Assembly (NCBI GenBank): GCA_963668175.1 | Contig: OY764159.1 | Location: forward strand, 1,600,001-1,664,000 | DNA: 64,000 nt | DNA from: Syntrophales bacterium | GTDB lineage: Bacteria > Desulfobacterota > Syntrophia > Syntrophales > PHBD01 | Reading direction: 5' to 3' | Shown here: one piece after another, positions 8,879-18,964 of the stretch | How positions within the stretch are numbered: the first letter of the stretch is position 1 | Layout of the letters: each line of letters starts with the position of its first letter | Program-made: the position numbers and the translations under genes | Notes under the pieces: generated by a model | The model's input: the letters and a program-made list of their open reading frames with translations, nothing else | Databases searched by the model: none | Told to the model about the DNA's origin: nothing

Positions 8879-11877
8879 GGCTTCTTTCTCCCAGGCGATT
8901 TGTCGAGGGGTACGGACATCATGGCGAAACTGCCGCCGCCGGGGACGGAAAGGAGATGAAAGTCCCCGCCGATGTTCTTGAACCGTTCGCGGATGCTGAA
9001 GAGGCCGTAGCCGGCGTCGCGGTTTCCCGGGGCGAAGAGGCCCGACGTATCGAACCCGACGCCGTCGTCCTTGACGGCGACGACGGCCGCATCGTGCAGC
9101 CTGCTTATGGAGACGCTGCAATGCTTTGCCTGCGCGTGCTTGGCGATGTTGATGAGCAGCTCCCGGACCGACTGGAAGACGAGGATCCTGACGTCGTCGC
9201 TCAGGGGCTTGGGCCGCCCGTCGTCCTCGAACGAGAAGCCGATGCCTTTTCCCGCCAGGAGCTGGTCTCCCAGCCATTCCACGGCCGCCTCCAGCCCCAG
9301 CTCGTAGAGGATCGGGGGGCTGAGTTCGCAGGTCAGGGTCCGGGTATAGAGGATCGTCTGCTCGATGGTCTCCCGGATTTCCCCGGCCCTTTCCCGTAGA
9401 TCCCCGGACGTCAGGTCCATGCAGAGTTCTCCCAGCCTGATCTTGCAATAGGCCAGGTTCTGTCCGATGTGATCGTGGAGTTGGCAGGATATCCGCCTGC
9501 GCTCTCTCTCTTCCGCAAGGGTGAGCTGGGACGATAGGGAGCGCAGCTCTTCCTGATAGGATTCGAGCCGCTTTTCCGCCTGGCGGAAGGCGGTGATGTC
9601 GATGCCCATCTCCAGCACCAGGAGCGAACCGTCCGTATCGACGAAGGGGTAGTCGTAAATCTGGTACATCCGCCCTTCCGGGGCGTGCATCCATTCCCAT
9701 GTCTGATGCTGTCTGCTCTCGAATACCTGAAAAGGCAGGCATTTCGGGCAGGGTTTCTTCCGGCGTGCGATGACCTGGTAGCATTTCTTTCCCTGGGGAT
9801 CGCCGAACTGCTTGCGGAAGAAGAGGTTGGCGAAGCGGATGGAGTGGTCGCGGTCCTGGAGATAGACGAAGACGGGCAGCTCTTCCAGGAGGGAAAAGAG
9901 CCTCCGGCGCTCCTTTTCGATCACGGTCGCGCTGTGCTTCCGCTCGGTGATGTCCCGGGAGATGCCCGCCGTGCCCGAGACCCGGCCCCGGTCGTCGCAG
10001 ATGGGCGTCTTGACCGTTTCGACCCAGAGGGCGTCGCCGTTTCTATAGATGATCGGCTCTTCGATCTGCATCCTGCGGCCGGACTGCATGACCTCCTTGT
10101 CGTCCTGCCGGTATTTTCCCGCCAGTTCCGGCGGCCACAGGTCGGCGTCGGTCTTGCCTGGAATGTCCCCCTGTGCTGTGCCGCAGGCCTCCGCGAAAAC
10201 CCGGTTGGCCGCGATATAGAAGCCGCCTCTGTCCTTGAGCCAGGCCATGTCGGGGATGTTGTCCAGGATGGCCTGCTGCCGGCGGCGGGCGTCCTGCATG
10301 ACCTTCTCGGCCTGTTTGCGCTCCGTCAGGTCGTGGGAGATCACGACGGCATGGGTCGCCGCGGGAGGGTGCCCCGAGTAGGGGTAGTAGGTCATGGCGA
10401 AGTAAGCCCGCTCCCGGCCGTCGAGGTCGATCCAGCTTTCGTCATGGACGATCTCGCCTTTCAGGCACCGGTCGATGAGGGGTTTGATGCGGCCAGTGAA
10501 ACGCCTTTTGCCCCAGATGTCAGCGACGGACCGGCCGACGATCTCCGCGGGCCTCTTTCCCAGCGCCCGGCAGTAGGCGTCGTTGACGGCCTCGTAGCAG
10601 TAATCCTTGTTGATCAGCGTCATGAATTCGTGGACGGCGTTGATGATGAATTCGCTCATTTTCCGCCGGTCGATCTCTTCGAGGAGGGCCTCGTTGGCCC
10701 GGACCAGGTCGGCCGTCCTTTCCCGGATGCAGGCCTCCATCCCTTCGTAAGCCGCCCGCAGGGCCGCCTCCATGGACCGCTGGCCCGTGACGTCCCGGAC
10801 GACGGCGACGACGTCCCGCTTCCCGCTGGGGACCATCCGGGCCTCCCAGAAGCGCCTGCGGCCGTTTTCGGCCGTGGTATATTCGTAAACCTGCATTTCC
10901 CTGGTCTTCAGGGCGCGGCTGACGGCCTCCTCGGTGAGCCGGGCCGCTTCCGGAGACAGCACGGACGAAAGGCGCGTCTGGACGAGGGGTCTGGATGCGG
11001 GCCGGCTGTCGCCGCCCGCGGGCTTGTAATCGAGAAACGTCCCGTCCGCCCGGATGCGGAACATCCGGTCGGGGATCGCCATGATCAGGGCACTCGTCGC
11101 TTCCTCGGCCTGCCGGTGCGCCGTGATGTCCTCCACCATGCCGACGGCCAGGCCGTTTCCCGCCGCGCCGCCCCGGGATAACGAAACCGTGAGACGTCCC
11201 CAGATCAGGCGTCCGTCTTTGCTTACATAGCGCTTCTCTGTCTGGTACCAGTCCCGCTTTCCGGAAGCCGCTTCCCGCTGCAGGTCGGGGGAGCCGTCGC
11301 GGTCCTCGGGGTGGACGATCCCGTCGTGGGTCATCCCGAGCAGCTCTTCGCCGCTGTAGGAGAGCATCTGCTGGAAGGAACGGTTGGTGTAGACGATCCG
11401 GCCGTCGCCGGTCCTCGTGATCAGGATGCCCAGGGCGGATTGCTGGAAGACGGCCCCGAGCTGCGCCTCCCGCTCCCTGAGGCGATTCATGGTCTGGTGA
11501 CGTTTTTGGGCGTAAAGGAGGGAGCGGCCGAGAAGGATGGCCGTCAGGCCTTCGCGGGGAAGAATGTCGGCGAAGACCTCCGTCCATGTCCGGCTGTCGG
11601 CGGCAGCAGTGCCCCGGTCGGCAACGGCGATCACGGGGGCCAGGGCCGCCGCCTCCCGGATGGCGAGAACAGTCTCGCCATCCAGATCGGCGGGAGACGT
11701 CAGGCCAAAGACCACGACGTCGCCCGGCCGCCGACGGAGGGCGGCCAGGGCTGCCGGCGGAGAATCCACCAGGGAGACGCGCAGGGGAATCCCGGCGTCC
11801 TTCAACGTTCTTCTTATCGTCCGGATGCACTCCGGCCTGCTTTCTGCCAGAATCACCTTCAGAAGGTTTTCTTGCAT
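8875..11877 (-). CDS. Multi-PAS sensor histidine kinase (HisKA_3/NarX type) with N-terminal degenerate receiver
   Basis: Several PAS/PAC repeats; EERERRRISCQLHDHIGQ H-box; ELLINIAKHA, DDGVGF, GYGL. Confidence 0.9.
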   Translation of the reverse strand: MQENLLKVILAESRPECIRTIRRTLKDAGIPLRVSLVDSPPAALAALRRRPGDVVVFGLTSPADLDGETVLAIREAAALAPVIAVADRGTAAADSRTWTEVFADILPREGLTAILLGRSLLYAQKRHQTMNRLREREAQLGAVFQQSALGILITRTGDGRIVYTNRSFQQMLSYSGEELLGMTHDGIVHPEDRDGSPDLQREAASGKRDWYQTEKRYVSKDGRLIWGRLTVSLSRGGAAGNGLAVGMVEDITAHRQAEEATSALIMAIPDRMFRIRADGTFLDYKPAGGDSRPASRPLVQTRLSSVLSPEAARLTEEAVSRALKTREMQVYEYTTAENGRRRFWEARMVPSGKRDVVAVVRDVTGQRSMEAALRAAYEGMEACIRERTADLVRANEALLEEIDRRKMSEFIINAVHEFMTLINKDYCYEAVNDAYCRALGKRPAEIVGRSVADIWGKRRFTGRIKPLIDRCLKGEIVHDESWIDLDGRERAYFAMTYYPYSGHPPAATHAVVISHDLTERKQAEKVMQDARRRQQAILDNIPDMAWLKDRGGFYIAANRVFAEACGTAQGDIPGKTDADLWPPELAGKYRQDDKEVMQSGRRMQIEEPIIYRNGDALWVETVKTPICDDRGRVSGTAGISRDITERKHSATVIEKERRRLFSLLEELPVFVYLQDRDHSIRFANLFFRKQFGDPQGKKCYQVIARRKKPCPKCLPFQVFESRQHQTWEWMHAPEGRMYQIYDYPFVDTDGSLLVLEMGIDITAFRQAEKRLESYQEELRSLSSQLTLAEERERRRISCQLHDHIGQNLAYCKIRLGELCMDLTSGDLRERAGEIRETIEQTILYTRTLTCELSPPILYELGLEAAVEWLGDQLLAGKGIGFSFEDDGRPKPLSDDVRILVFQSVRELLINIAKHAQAKHCSVSISRLHDAAVVAVKDDGVGFDTSGLFAPGNRDAGYGLFSIRERFKNIGGDFHLLSVPGGGSFAMMSVPLDKSPGRKKP

Positions 11878-12066
11878 TGCCGGGCCTTTGCGTGCCGTCT
11901 GAAATTCTGCGATCGGGGTTAACGCTTTGCTGCGCGGCATCGGAAGCGACCGGGTCGGGCCGCAGGCCGGGGAGCCGCGGGCCGGAAAGTCCTTTCCGGC
12001 CGCATCGGGCGCCGCTGTTATGGAAGGTGAGCCGCGGAAGCAATAGATGGCGAACTGCCGGCGCCG

Positions 12067-12516
12067 TCAGACCTTGATGTCGATCAGACCGCCCTTGCCC
12101 TCCTGGGGCGTTGTCGGTACGGCGTTTTTATCTTTCGCCCTTGTTACCGTCGTTGTCTCGCCCCCGGAGACATAAGATCGTCCTCACTCGGGACAGATGG
12201 CGGTATGGATGGTCACGGACTGAAAGACGACCTTGCGTCCATCTTCCGCGGCCTTGGCCTGTTCATGGGCTACATGCTGCTGCTCGTGGCCCATGACGGC
12301 CGCCGGCGCCGCTTCGGGAGAGACGTGCGTCGCGGACTGGAAAGATACGGTAGGATCATCGGACCGATCCTTGTATTTCCTGTTCTTTCAGGTTTCGCAC
12401 CGTTCGGATCTGGGCTTTAAGGCTTCCGCCTTCTCCTGCATCGTCACCTGGTCTGATGTGGGCGACGTGTAGGGATTATAGTCCTGTTGGTACGAATTCA
12501 CGGGAGAAATGGCCAT
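12067..12516 (-). CDS. Candidate selenoprotein, 149 aa, two in-frame TGA (CETU, CPEU) and HExxH motif
   Basis: AGGGGTGG RBS + ATG 12516; reads MAISPV...RCET(TGA 12388-12390)KNRKYKD...GHEQQH...AICPE(TGA 12184-12186)GRSYVSGG...GGLIDIKV-stop; SECIS-like hairpin after each TGA. Confidence 0.8.
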
Positions 12517-12707
12517 AACCACCCCTAGTATATAAAAGGTGATAAAGTTTAACACAGAAAGAGCGGTTATGCAAACGAATACCGGTGATTCCGGCTATAG
12601 ACCGCCGCATGTGGCGGAATCCTGCAAAGAATTTCTCTTGGCGCTTGTCTTTGGGCGGGCCAATGGTTATATTTGGGAAAATGAATGAGGATATGGCTTG
12701 AAAAATA

Positions 12708-13352
12708 ATGGCTCACGTTGATCTCATGGTCTTTGATCTGGACGGTACGTTGATTACATCGGGAAATGACATCGCGGCCGCCGTGAATTACACCCTGGGG
12801 CGGCTTCGCCTTCCGGTCCTCTCGGTGGATAAAATTATGGGTTTTGTCGGCGACGGCGTTCGCGAACTTCTGGTCCGGTCGCTGGGGGAGGCCGCCGGGG
12901 ATCATTTAGGCCCGGCGATGACGCTGTTTTCGGCCTACTATACGGAGCACCTGCTCGACACGACCGACCTCTATCCCGGAATCCGGGACGTCCTGGAGCG
13001 TTTTTCCGGCAAGAAGAAGGCCGTCGTCACCAACAAGCGACACGATTTCGCCCAGAAGATCGTGGACAAACTGGGCATCGCCGGCTGTTTCGATGCCGTC
13101 ATCGGGGCCGAAAAGACTCCCTACCGGAAGCCCGACGCCCGGATCGTCACGCCGCTCCTTTCCGAATACCATGCGCGTCCCGGCCACACGGTCGTGATCG
13201 GCGACGGCCCGGCCGACATCCGGCTGGCCAAGGGCGTGGGGGCTTTAAGCTGCGCATACCTGAACGGACTCACGGCGCGGGAGACCCTGCTCGCGCTTCA
13301 GCCGGACTTTACCTACGAAGACTCGGCCGAACTCAAGTCCCTTTTCTATTGA
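12708..13352 (+). CDS. HAD-family hydrolase (phosphoglycolate phosphatase-like)
   Basis: FDLDGTL, VVTNK, KPD, IGDGPAD. Confidence 0.85.
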   Translation: MAHVDLMVFDLDGTLITSGNDIAAAVNYTLGRLRLPVLSVDKIMGFVGDGVRELLVRSLGEAAGDHLGPAMTLFSAYYTEHLLDTTDLYPGIRDVLERFSGKKKAVVTNKRHDFAQKIVDKLGIAGCFDAVIGAEKTPYRKPDARIVTPLLSEYHARPGHTVVIGDGPADIRLAKGVGALSCAYLNGLTARETLLALQPDFTYEDSAELKSLFY

Positions 13353-13416
13353 ACGACGCCCTCGCGGGGGCGCACCTGCAGGAACGGGGCGGCGGAAGGA
13401 CGCCGCCGGTAAGAGC

Positions 13417-14796
13417 ATGATCGAAAAAGTATCGTCGTACATGGCTGCGCACAGGATGCTGGCGCGGGGAGACACGGTCGTCGCCGCCGTTTCGGGCGGA
13501 CCCGATTCGGTCGCCCTCCTCCATATCCTTGCGGCTGCGGCCCCCGTTTATGATCTGCGCATCGTTGTGGCCCATCTCAACCACGGTCTTCGCGGTACGG
13601 AATCCGACGGAGACGAAGCGTTCGTCCGGGACCTCGCCGGGCGGCTTTCGCTTCCCTTCGAGTCGGCCTGCGCCGACATCCGCCGGATCAGGGAAGAGAA
13701 GGGCGGTTCCCTGGAAGAAGCGGCCCGGAACGAACGATACCGGTTCCTCGTGGACGTGGCGGAGGCGAGAAAGGCCCGGAGGGTCGCCCTCGGCCATCAC
13801 GCGGGCGACCAGGCCGAAACGGTGCTGATGAACCTTCTCCGCGGTGCGGGGCCGGACGGGCTGAAAGGCATGCTCCCCGTGCGGGACGGCCTCTTCATCC
13901 GGCCGCTCCTTGCCGTATCGAAAGACGAGATCGATGCCTTTCTTAAGAAAAACGGGTATGCCTTCCGGTCAGACAGTTCGAACGCAAGCGACGTGCATCT
14001 GCGTAACCGCCTCCGGCACAAGCTCCTGCCGGAGCTTGCGGCGTCATACAATCCCAATATGGAGGAGAACCTCACGCGCTTGGGCGATATCATGAGGCTG
14101 GAGGACGATTACCTCCAAATGGCGGTCCGGTCCGTCCTGGAAAGCTGGGCGGTTGCCGCGGGGAAAGAAGCGGCCTTCGACGGCCGGGACTTCCTGGCGC
14201 TCCATGAGGCCCTGCAAAGAAGGATCGTCAAGACGGTCCTGGAGGGATTGACCGGCCGGGGCGGCATCGTCTATACTCATATCCAGGCGGTCGTCGACCT
14301 GTGCCGCGGGACCGGGGCCTCTGCCGAATTGCACCTGCCGGGCGGCATCCGTGTAGGGCGGACCGGCGGAAAGGTGGTTTTCCGGCGCGGCGGCCGCAGG
14401 GAGCAGTCTGTGCCCGTCCGTCCGTATAACTACGAGCTTGCCGTGCCGGGAGAGCTGACCGTGGCGGAGACAGGCGAGACGGTCCGGGCGGAATTCGCCG
14501 GCCGGCCCGGCGAATGGCGGGAAGAAAACGGCGCCTATCTCGATTTCGACCGGGTGGTGCCGCCCCTGTCCGTCCGTACCTTCCGGCCGGGCGACCGCTT
14601 CCAGCCCCTGGGCATGGCGGGGACGCAGAAGCTGAAGAAGTTCTTCATCGACCACAAGATCGATCCGTCGCAAAGAAAGACCATGCCGCTTCTGGCGGAC
14701 CGGGAGTCGGTCATCTGGATTCCGGGCCGGAGGCTTTGCGACCGCGTCAAGGTCACGGCGGACACGCGGCGGGTCGTAAAAATAGAAATTATTTGA
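13417..14796 (+). CDS. tilS: tRNA(Ile)-lysidine synthetase
   Basis: SGGPDS, HLNHGLRG, GHHAGDQAET, IRPLL; upstream of ftsH. Confidence 0.95.
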   Translation: MIEKVSSYMAAHRMLARGDTVVAAVSGGPDSVALLHILAAAAPVYDLRIVVAHLNHGLRGTESDGDEAFVRDLAGRLSLPFESACADIRRIREEKGGSLEEAARNERYRFLVDVAEARKARRVALGHHAGDQAETVLMNLLRGAGPDGLKGMLPVRDGLFIRPLLAVSKDEIDAFLKKNGYAFRSDSSNASDVHLRNRLRHKLLPELAASYNPNMEENLTRLGDIMRLEDDYLQMAVRSVLESWAVAAGKEAAFDGRDFLALHEALQRRIVKTVLEGLTGRGGIVYTHIQAVVDLCRGTGASAELHLPGGIRVGRTGGKVVFRRGGRREQSVPVRPYNYELAVPGELTVAETGETVRAEFAGRPGEWREENGAYLDFDRVVPPLSVRTFRPGDRFQPLGMAGTQKLKKFFIDHKIDPSQRKTMPLLADRESVIWIPGRRLCDRVKVTADTRRVVKIEII

Positions 14797-14913
14797 AATT
14801 AATAAGGGCTTATTGTAAGGAGTTAATATAAAGTGTGTTTGCACAAGACAGTGGTGTTGAATAACATTGAAATACAAGGGGTTACCCATTAGCCGATAAG
14901 GAGAATAACAAGC

Positions 14914-16785
14914 TTGAACCCATTACAGAAGAACATTGCTCTCTGGCTCGTGATCAGTCTGGTCTTCGTACTGGTTTACCATCTCTTCAACCAGCCGAAA
15001 AACAGCCAGGAGACGCTCATCTACAGCAAGTTCATCGCCAATGTGAACGACGGCAAGGTGGCCGAGGTCACCATCCAGGGGGACAACATCGCCGGTAAAT
15101 ACAAGGACGGTAAGACGTTCAAGACCTTCGCCCCCAAAGACGCCAACCTGATCGACATCCTCCAGAAGAAGGAAGTGCAGATCGCCGCCAAGCCGGTGGA
15201 GGAGTCGCCGTGGTACATGACGGTCCTCATCTCGTGGTTCCCCATGCTCCTTCTGATCGGCGTCTGGATCTTCTTCATGCGCCAGATGCAGACGGGCGGC
15301 GGCAAGGCCATGGCGTTCGGCAAGAGCCGGGCGAGGCTGGTGACGGACAAATCGAAGAAAGTGACCTTTGCCGACGTGGCCGGCATTGACGAGGCCAAGG
15401 CGGAGCTGGAAGAGGTCATCGACTTCCTGAAAGACCCCAAGAAATTCACCCGCCTGGGCGGCAGAATTCCCAAGGGCCTTCTCCTCGTCGGCCATCCGGG
15501 TACCGGTAAGACCTTGCTCGCCCGAGCCATTGCCGGGGAGGCGGACGTTCCGTTCCTCAGTATCAGCGGGTCCGACTTCGTCGAGATGTTCGTCGGCGTC
15601 GGGGCCTCCCGCGTCCGCGACCTCTTCGATCAGGGCAAGAAGAACGCTCCCTGCATCATTTTCATCGACGAGATCGACGCCGTGGGGCGGCACCGTGGCG
15701 CAGGCCTCGGCGGCGGCCACGACGAGCGCGAGCAGACGCTGAACCAGCTTCTCGTGGAGATGGACGGGTTCGAATCGAATGAGGGCGTGATCCTCGTCTC
15801 GGCGACGAACCGTCCGGATGTCCTTGACCCCGCACTGCTCAGGCCCGGCCGCTTCGACCGTCAGGTCGTCGTGCCCCTGCCCGACATCAAGGGGCGGGAG
15901 AAGATTATTCAGGTCCACGCGAAGAAGACGCCGCTCGAACCGGACGTCGATTTTGCCGTCATCGCCCGCGGCACGCCCGGATTTTCCGGGGCCGATATCG
16001 AGAACCTCGTGAACGAGGCGACACTGTACGCCGCCCGGTTCAACAAGGACAAGGTCAGCATGTCCGACTTCGAATACGCCAAGGACAAGGTCATGATGGG
16101 GACGGAGCGCAAATCCATGGTCATCAGCGACGAGGAGAAGCGGATCACCGCCTACCATGAGTCCGGCCACGCCCTCGTGGCGAAGCTCCTGCCGGGCACG
16201 GACCCGATCCACAAGGTGACGATCATTCCCCGCGGCCGGGCGCTCGGTTTGACACAGCAGCTGCCCATCGACGAGAAACACACGTATCCCAGGGAATACC
16301 TCCTGAACAGCATCGCGATCCTCCTCGGAGGGCGCGCCGCGGAAGAGATCATCCTCAAGGACTTCACAACCGGTGCGGGCAACGATATCGAACGCGCGAC
16401 GAACCTGGCCCGCAAGATGGTCTGCGAGTGGGGCATGAGCGACGACATGGGACCCTTGAGCTACGGCAAGAAGGAAGAGCAGATTTTCCTCGGCCGCGAG
16501 TTTGCCACCCACAAGGACTACAGCGAGGATACAGCGCAGCGGATCGACAAGGAGATCAACCGCATCGTACTGGAAAGCTACGACAAGACCAAGAAGCTCT
16601 TGTCCGACCATATGGATCACCTCAATAAAATGGCTTTGGAACTCCTCGAAAAAGAGGTGCTCAATTCCTCCGAGATTGACGCAATCCTGGGAATCAAGCC
16701 CCCCGAGGGAGAGGTTAAGCCCCCGGAAGGAGCGGTCGAACCTTCCGAAGGCACAGAGGACAAACCCTCTGAAACCTTGCACTGA
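14914..16785 (+). CDS. ftsH: ATP-dependent zinc metalloprotease FtsH
   Basis: Two TMs, [29 protein letters not shown] start after AGGAG. Confidence 0.97.
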   Translation: MNPLQKNIALWLVISLVFVLVYHLFNQPKNSQETLIYSKFIANVNDGKVAEVTIQGDNIAGKYKDGKTFKTFAPKDANLIDILQKKEVQIAAKPVEESPWYMTVLISWFPMLLLIGVWIFFMRQMQTGGGKAMAFGKSRARLVTDKSKKVTFADVAGIDEAKAELEEVIDFLKDPKKFTRLGGRIPKGLLLVGHPGTGKTLLARAIAGEADVPFLSISGSDFVEMFVGVGASRVRDLFDQGKKNAPCIIFIDEIDAVGRHRGAGLGGGHDEREQTLNQLLVEMDGFESNEGVILVSATNRPDVLDPALLRPGRFDRQVVVPLPDIKGREKIIQVHAKKTPLEPDVDFAVIARGTPGFSGADIENLVNEATLYAARFNKDKVSMSDFEYAKDKVMMGTERKSMVISDEEKRITAYHESGHALVAKLLPGTDPIHKVTIIPRGRALGLTQQLPIDEKHTYPREYLLNSIAILLGGRAAEEIILKDFTTGAGNDIERATNLARKMVCEWGMSDDMGPLSYGKKEEQIFLGREFATHKDYSEDTAQRIDKEINRIVLESYDKTKKLLSDHMDHLNKMALELLEKEVLNSSEIDAILGIKPPEGEVKPPEGAVEPSEGTEDKPSETLH

Positions 16786-16835
16786 GGCCGTCTGAATCGG
16801 GCTGAACCCGACCGGTTTTCACCGTCTATCCGCGC

Positions 16836-18062
16836 ATGAAGAAAGAAGATGCCAAAAACTGTTCCCTGCGGTGCCTGGACCTGACGTCGCCGGCGGAGGC
16901 CCTGGATGCCCTGAAGAGGGTAGGGGTCGATCCATACGGCATCGAGGCGATGCTTCCCAAGATGTCGGGACTGAACCTGCTTCTGACCGGCGTGCCCTGC
17001 AAGGTGGCCAACATCATCAAGCAGGAGATGCTTGCCGTCGGGGGCGACGCGGCGGTCTGCCGGGGGTCGGTGGCATGCAGCGTTCCGGAGACGGACGTCA
17101 TCCTGATCGGAACGGAAAAGCAGATCGGCCGCTTCGCGGCGAAGCTCGCCGCCCAGCCATTCGGCCTGAAAGAACTGGCGGAGGCCGTTACGGCCCTGAT
17201 CGCAAACCGGGGCCGGGAACTGCATCTTTTAAAAACGGCGCAGCGGGACATTATCCTCGGCGAACGGCCCCTCATCATGGGGATTTTGAACGTGACGCCC
17301 GACTCCTTCTCCGACGGGGGGAAATACATGGCTGAAGATGCCGCCGTCGAGCGGGGAATCCGCATGGTCGAGGAAGGAGCGGACATCGTCGATATCGGCG
17401 GCGAATCGACGCGGCCCGGGGCTTCGCCCGTTTCCGTCAAGGAAGAAAGGGCCAGGATCGTGCCCGTAATCAGGAGGCTTGCCGCAGAGATCGGGGCGCC
17501 GATTTCGGTCGACACGACAAAAGCGGCCGTTGCGGCGGAGGCCCTGGAAGCCGGGGCGGAGATCGTCAACGACATAAGCGCCCTGCGGTTCGACCGGCGG
17601 ATAAGCAAGATCATTGCAGACGCCGAGGCGGCCGTCGTCCTCATGCACATGCGGGGTACGCCCGCCGACATGCAGAAAGGGAAGATCGCCTATACGTCCG
17701 TCGTCGGCGACATTGTGGCGTTCCTCCGGGAGCGGATCGCGTTTGCGGCCGGACATGGGATCGATGCGGGGCATATGATGGTCGATCCGGGGATAGGATT
17801 CGGCAAGACGCCGGCCGACAACCTGAAGCTTTTAAAACACCTGCCCGAATTCCGGGTTCTGGGGTTGCCCGTCGTGACGGGCATTTCCCGGAAGGCCTTC
17901 ATCGGCAGGATAACGGGCGAAGAGGAGGCGGCGGACAGGGACGCCGGCACGGCCGCCGCTGTTGCGGCCTCGGTGCTTTACGGAAGCCATGTCGTCCGCG
18001 TGCACAATGTGGCGATGATGCGGAAGGTGGTCGACGTGGCCCAGGCGATTTTAAAGGCTTGA
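16836..18062 (+). CDS. folP: Dihydropteroate synthase with N-terminal extension
   Basis: GILNVTPDSFSDGG, GGESTRPG, DPGIGFGK, SRKAF, VRVHNV. Confidence 0.95.
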   Translation: MKKEDAKNCSLRCLDLTSPAEALDALKRVGVDPYGIEAMLPKMSGLNLLLTGVPCKVANIIKQEMLAVGGDAAVCRGSVACSVPETDVILIGTEKQIGRFAAKLAAQPFGLKELAEAVTALIANRGRELHLLKTAQRDIILGERPLIMGILNVTPDSFSDGGKYMAEDAAVERGIRMVEEGADIVDIGGESTRPGASPVSVKEERARIVPVIRRLAAEIGAPISVDTTKAAVAAEALEAGAEIVNDISALRFDRRISKIIADAEAAVVLMHMRGTPADMQKGKIAYTSVVGDIVAFLRERIAFAAGHGIDAGHMMVDPGIGFGKTPADNLKLLKHLPEFRVLGLPVVTGISRKAFIGRITGEEEAADRDAGTAAAVAASVLYGSHVVRVHNVAMMRKVVDVAQAILKA

Positions 18063-18063
18063 G

Positions 18064-18459
18064 ATGATCGCGGGTATCGGTACCGATCTGGTCGATGTCG
18101 AACGGATAGGGAAATTGCTGGAACGGTTCGGAGACCGTTTTACCGGGCGGGTCTTCACGGCTTACGAATGCGCCTATTGCGGCAGGAAGGCCTTTCCGGC
18201 CATCCACTACGCCGCCCGGTTCGCCGCAAAGGAGTCGTTCCTGAAGGCGCTGGGCATCGGTCTCGGCATGGGGGTCAACCTTGCGGACATCGAGGTCCGG
18301 AACAACGCCGAAGGGCGGCCATCCCTGACGATTTACGGGCGGGGCGGCGAGATGCTTAAGGAAAGAGGCGTTGCGGCGGTGCACCTGACGCTCACGCATA
18401 CGAGGAGCCAGGCCGCGGCGACGGTCGTCCTGGAGAAGGGCGCTTCCGTCGGCGCTTGA
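18064..18459 (+). CDS. acpS: Holo-ACP synthase
   Basis: GIGTDLV, AARFAAKES, GRP. Confidence 0.95.
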   Translation: MIAGIGTDLVDVERIGKLLERFGDRFTGRVFTAYECAYCGRKAFPAIHYAARFAAKESFLKALGIGLGMGVNLADIEVRNNAEGRPSLTIYGRGGEMLKERGVAAVHLTLTHTRSQAAATVVLEKGASVGA

Positions 18460-18464
18460 GGAAC

Positions 18465-18962
18465 ATGGGAGCAATCGTGAAGGAAAAAGGTTCATACGAA
18501 ATGCTGTCGCAGGGGCCCGAGGCGACGTTCCGCCTGGGCGAGATTTTGGGGAAAAACCTCGCGGCGGGCGACATCGTGGCGCTGATCGGCGACCTGGGAT
18601 CGGGCAAGACCTGCCTCACCCAGGGGATAGCGCGGGGACTCGGTGTCTCCGAGCGGTATCAGGTCACCTCTCCGACCTTTACGCTGGTGAACGAATATCC
18701 CGGCCGGCTTACCCTCTATCACGTGGACGTCTACCGCCTGGCGGGATCGGCGGACCTGGAAGACATGGGGTGCGAGGAATTCCTGTACGGCCGCGGCGTG
18801 GCCGTCATCGAGTGGGCGGAAAAGGTCAGGGGCCTGCTTCCCGAGGAGGCCTGCATCGTCACCATGACCTACCTCGACGAATGCCAAAGGAAGATTGAAA
18901 TAACGGGCGGCCGGGAAAAGATGGACCGCCTGGTCAAAGTCATAAAAGACGGAGGATTGTAA
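18465..18962 (+). CDS. tsaE: tRNA threonylcarbamoyladenosine biosynthesis ATPase
   Basis: [28 protein letters not shown]; exact start uncertain. Confidence 0.93.
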   Translation: MGAIVKEKGSYEMLSQGPEATFRLGEILGKNLAAGDIVALIGDLGSGKTCLTQGIARGLGVSERYQVTSPTFTLVNEYPGRLTLYHVDVYRLAGSADLEDMGCEEFLYGRGVAVIEWAEKVRGLLPEEACIVTMTYLDECQRKIEITGGREKMDRLVKVIKDGGL

Positions 18963-18964
18963 AG

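Noticed and set aside
12067..12069. Third TGA as selenocysteine
   Set aside because: No Cys-motif context, no SECIS-like hairpin, and GGLIDIKV looks like a natural C-terminus
12111..12472. Three short plus-strand ORFs in the track
   Set aside because: Antisense to the better-supported TGA-recoded gene
14872..14900. Sigma28-like TACA-N15-GCCGATAA before ftsH
   Set aside because: The implied TSS would fall at or beyond the ribosome-binding site
14923..16782. Long antisense and alternate-frame ORFs (e.g. 619 aa opposite ftsH; also 37878-40184, 34537-36162, 61392-63017)
   Set aside because: Shadows of GC3-biased real genes; no recognisable motifs
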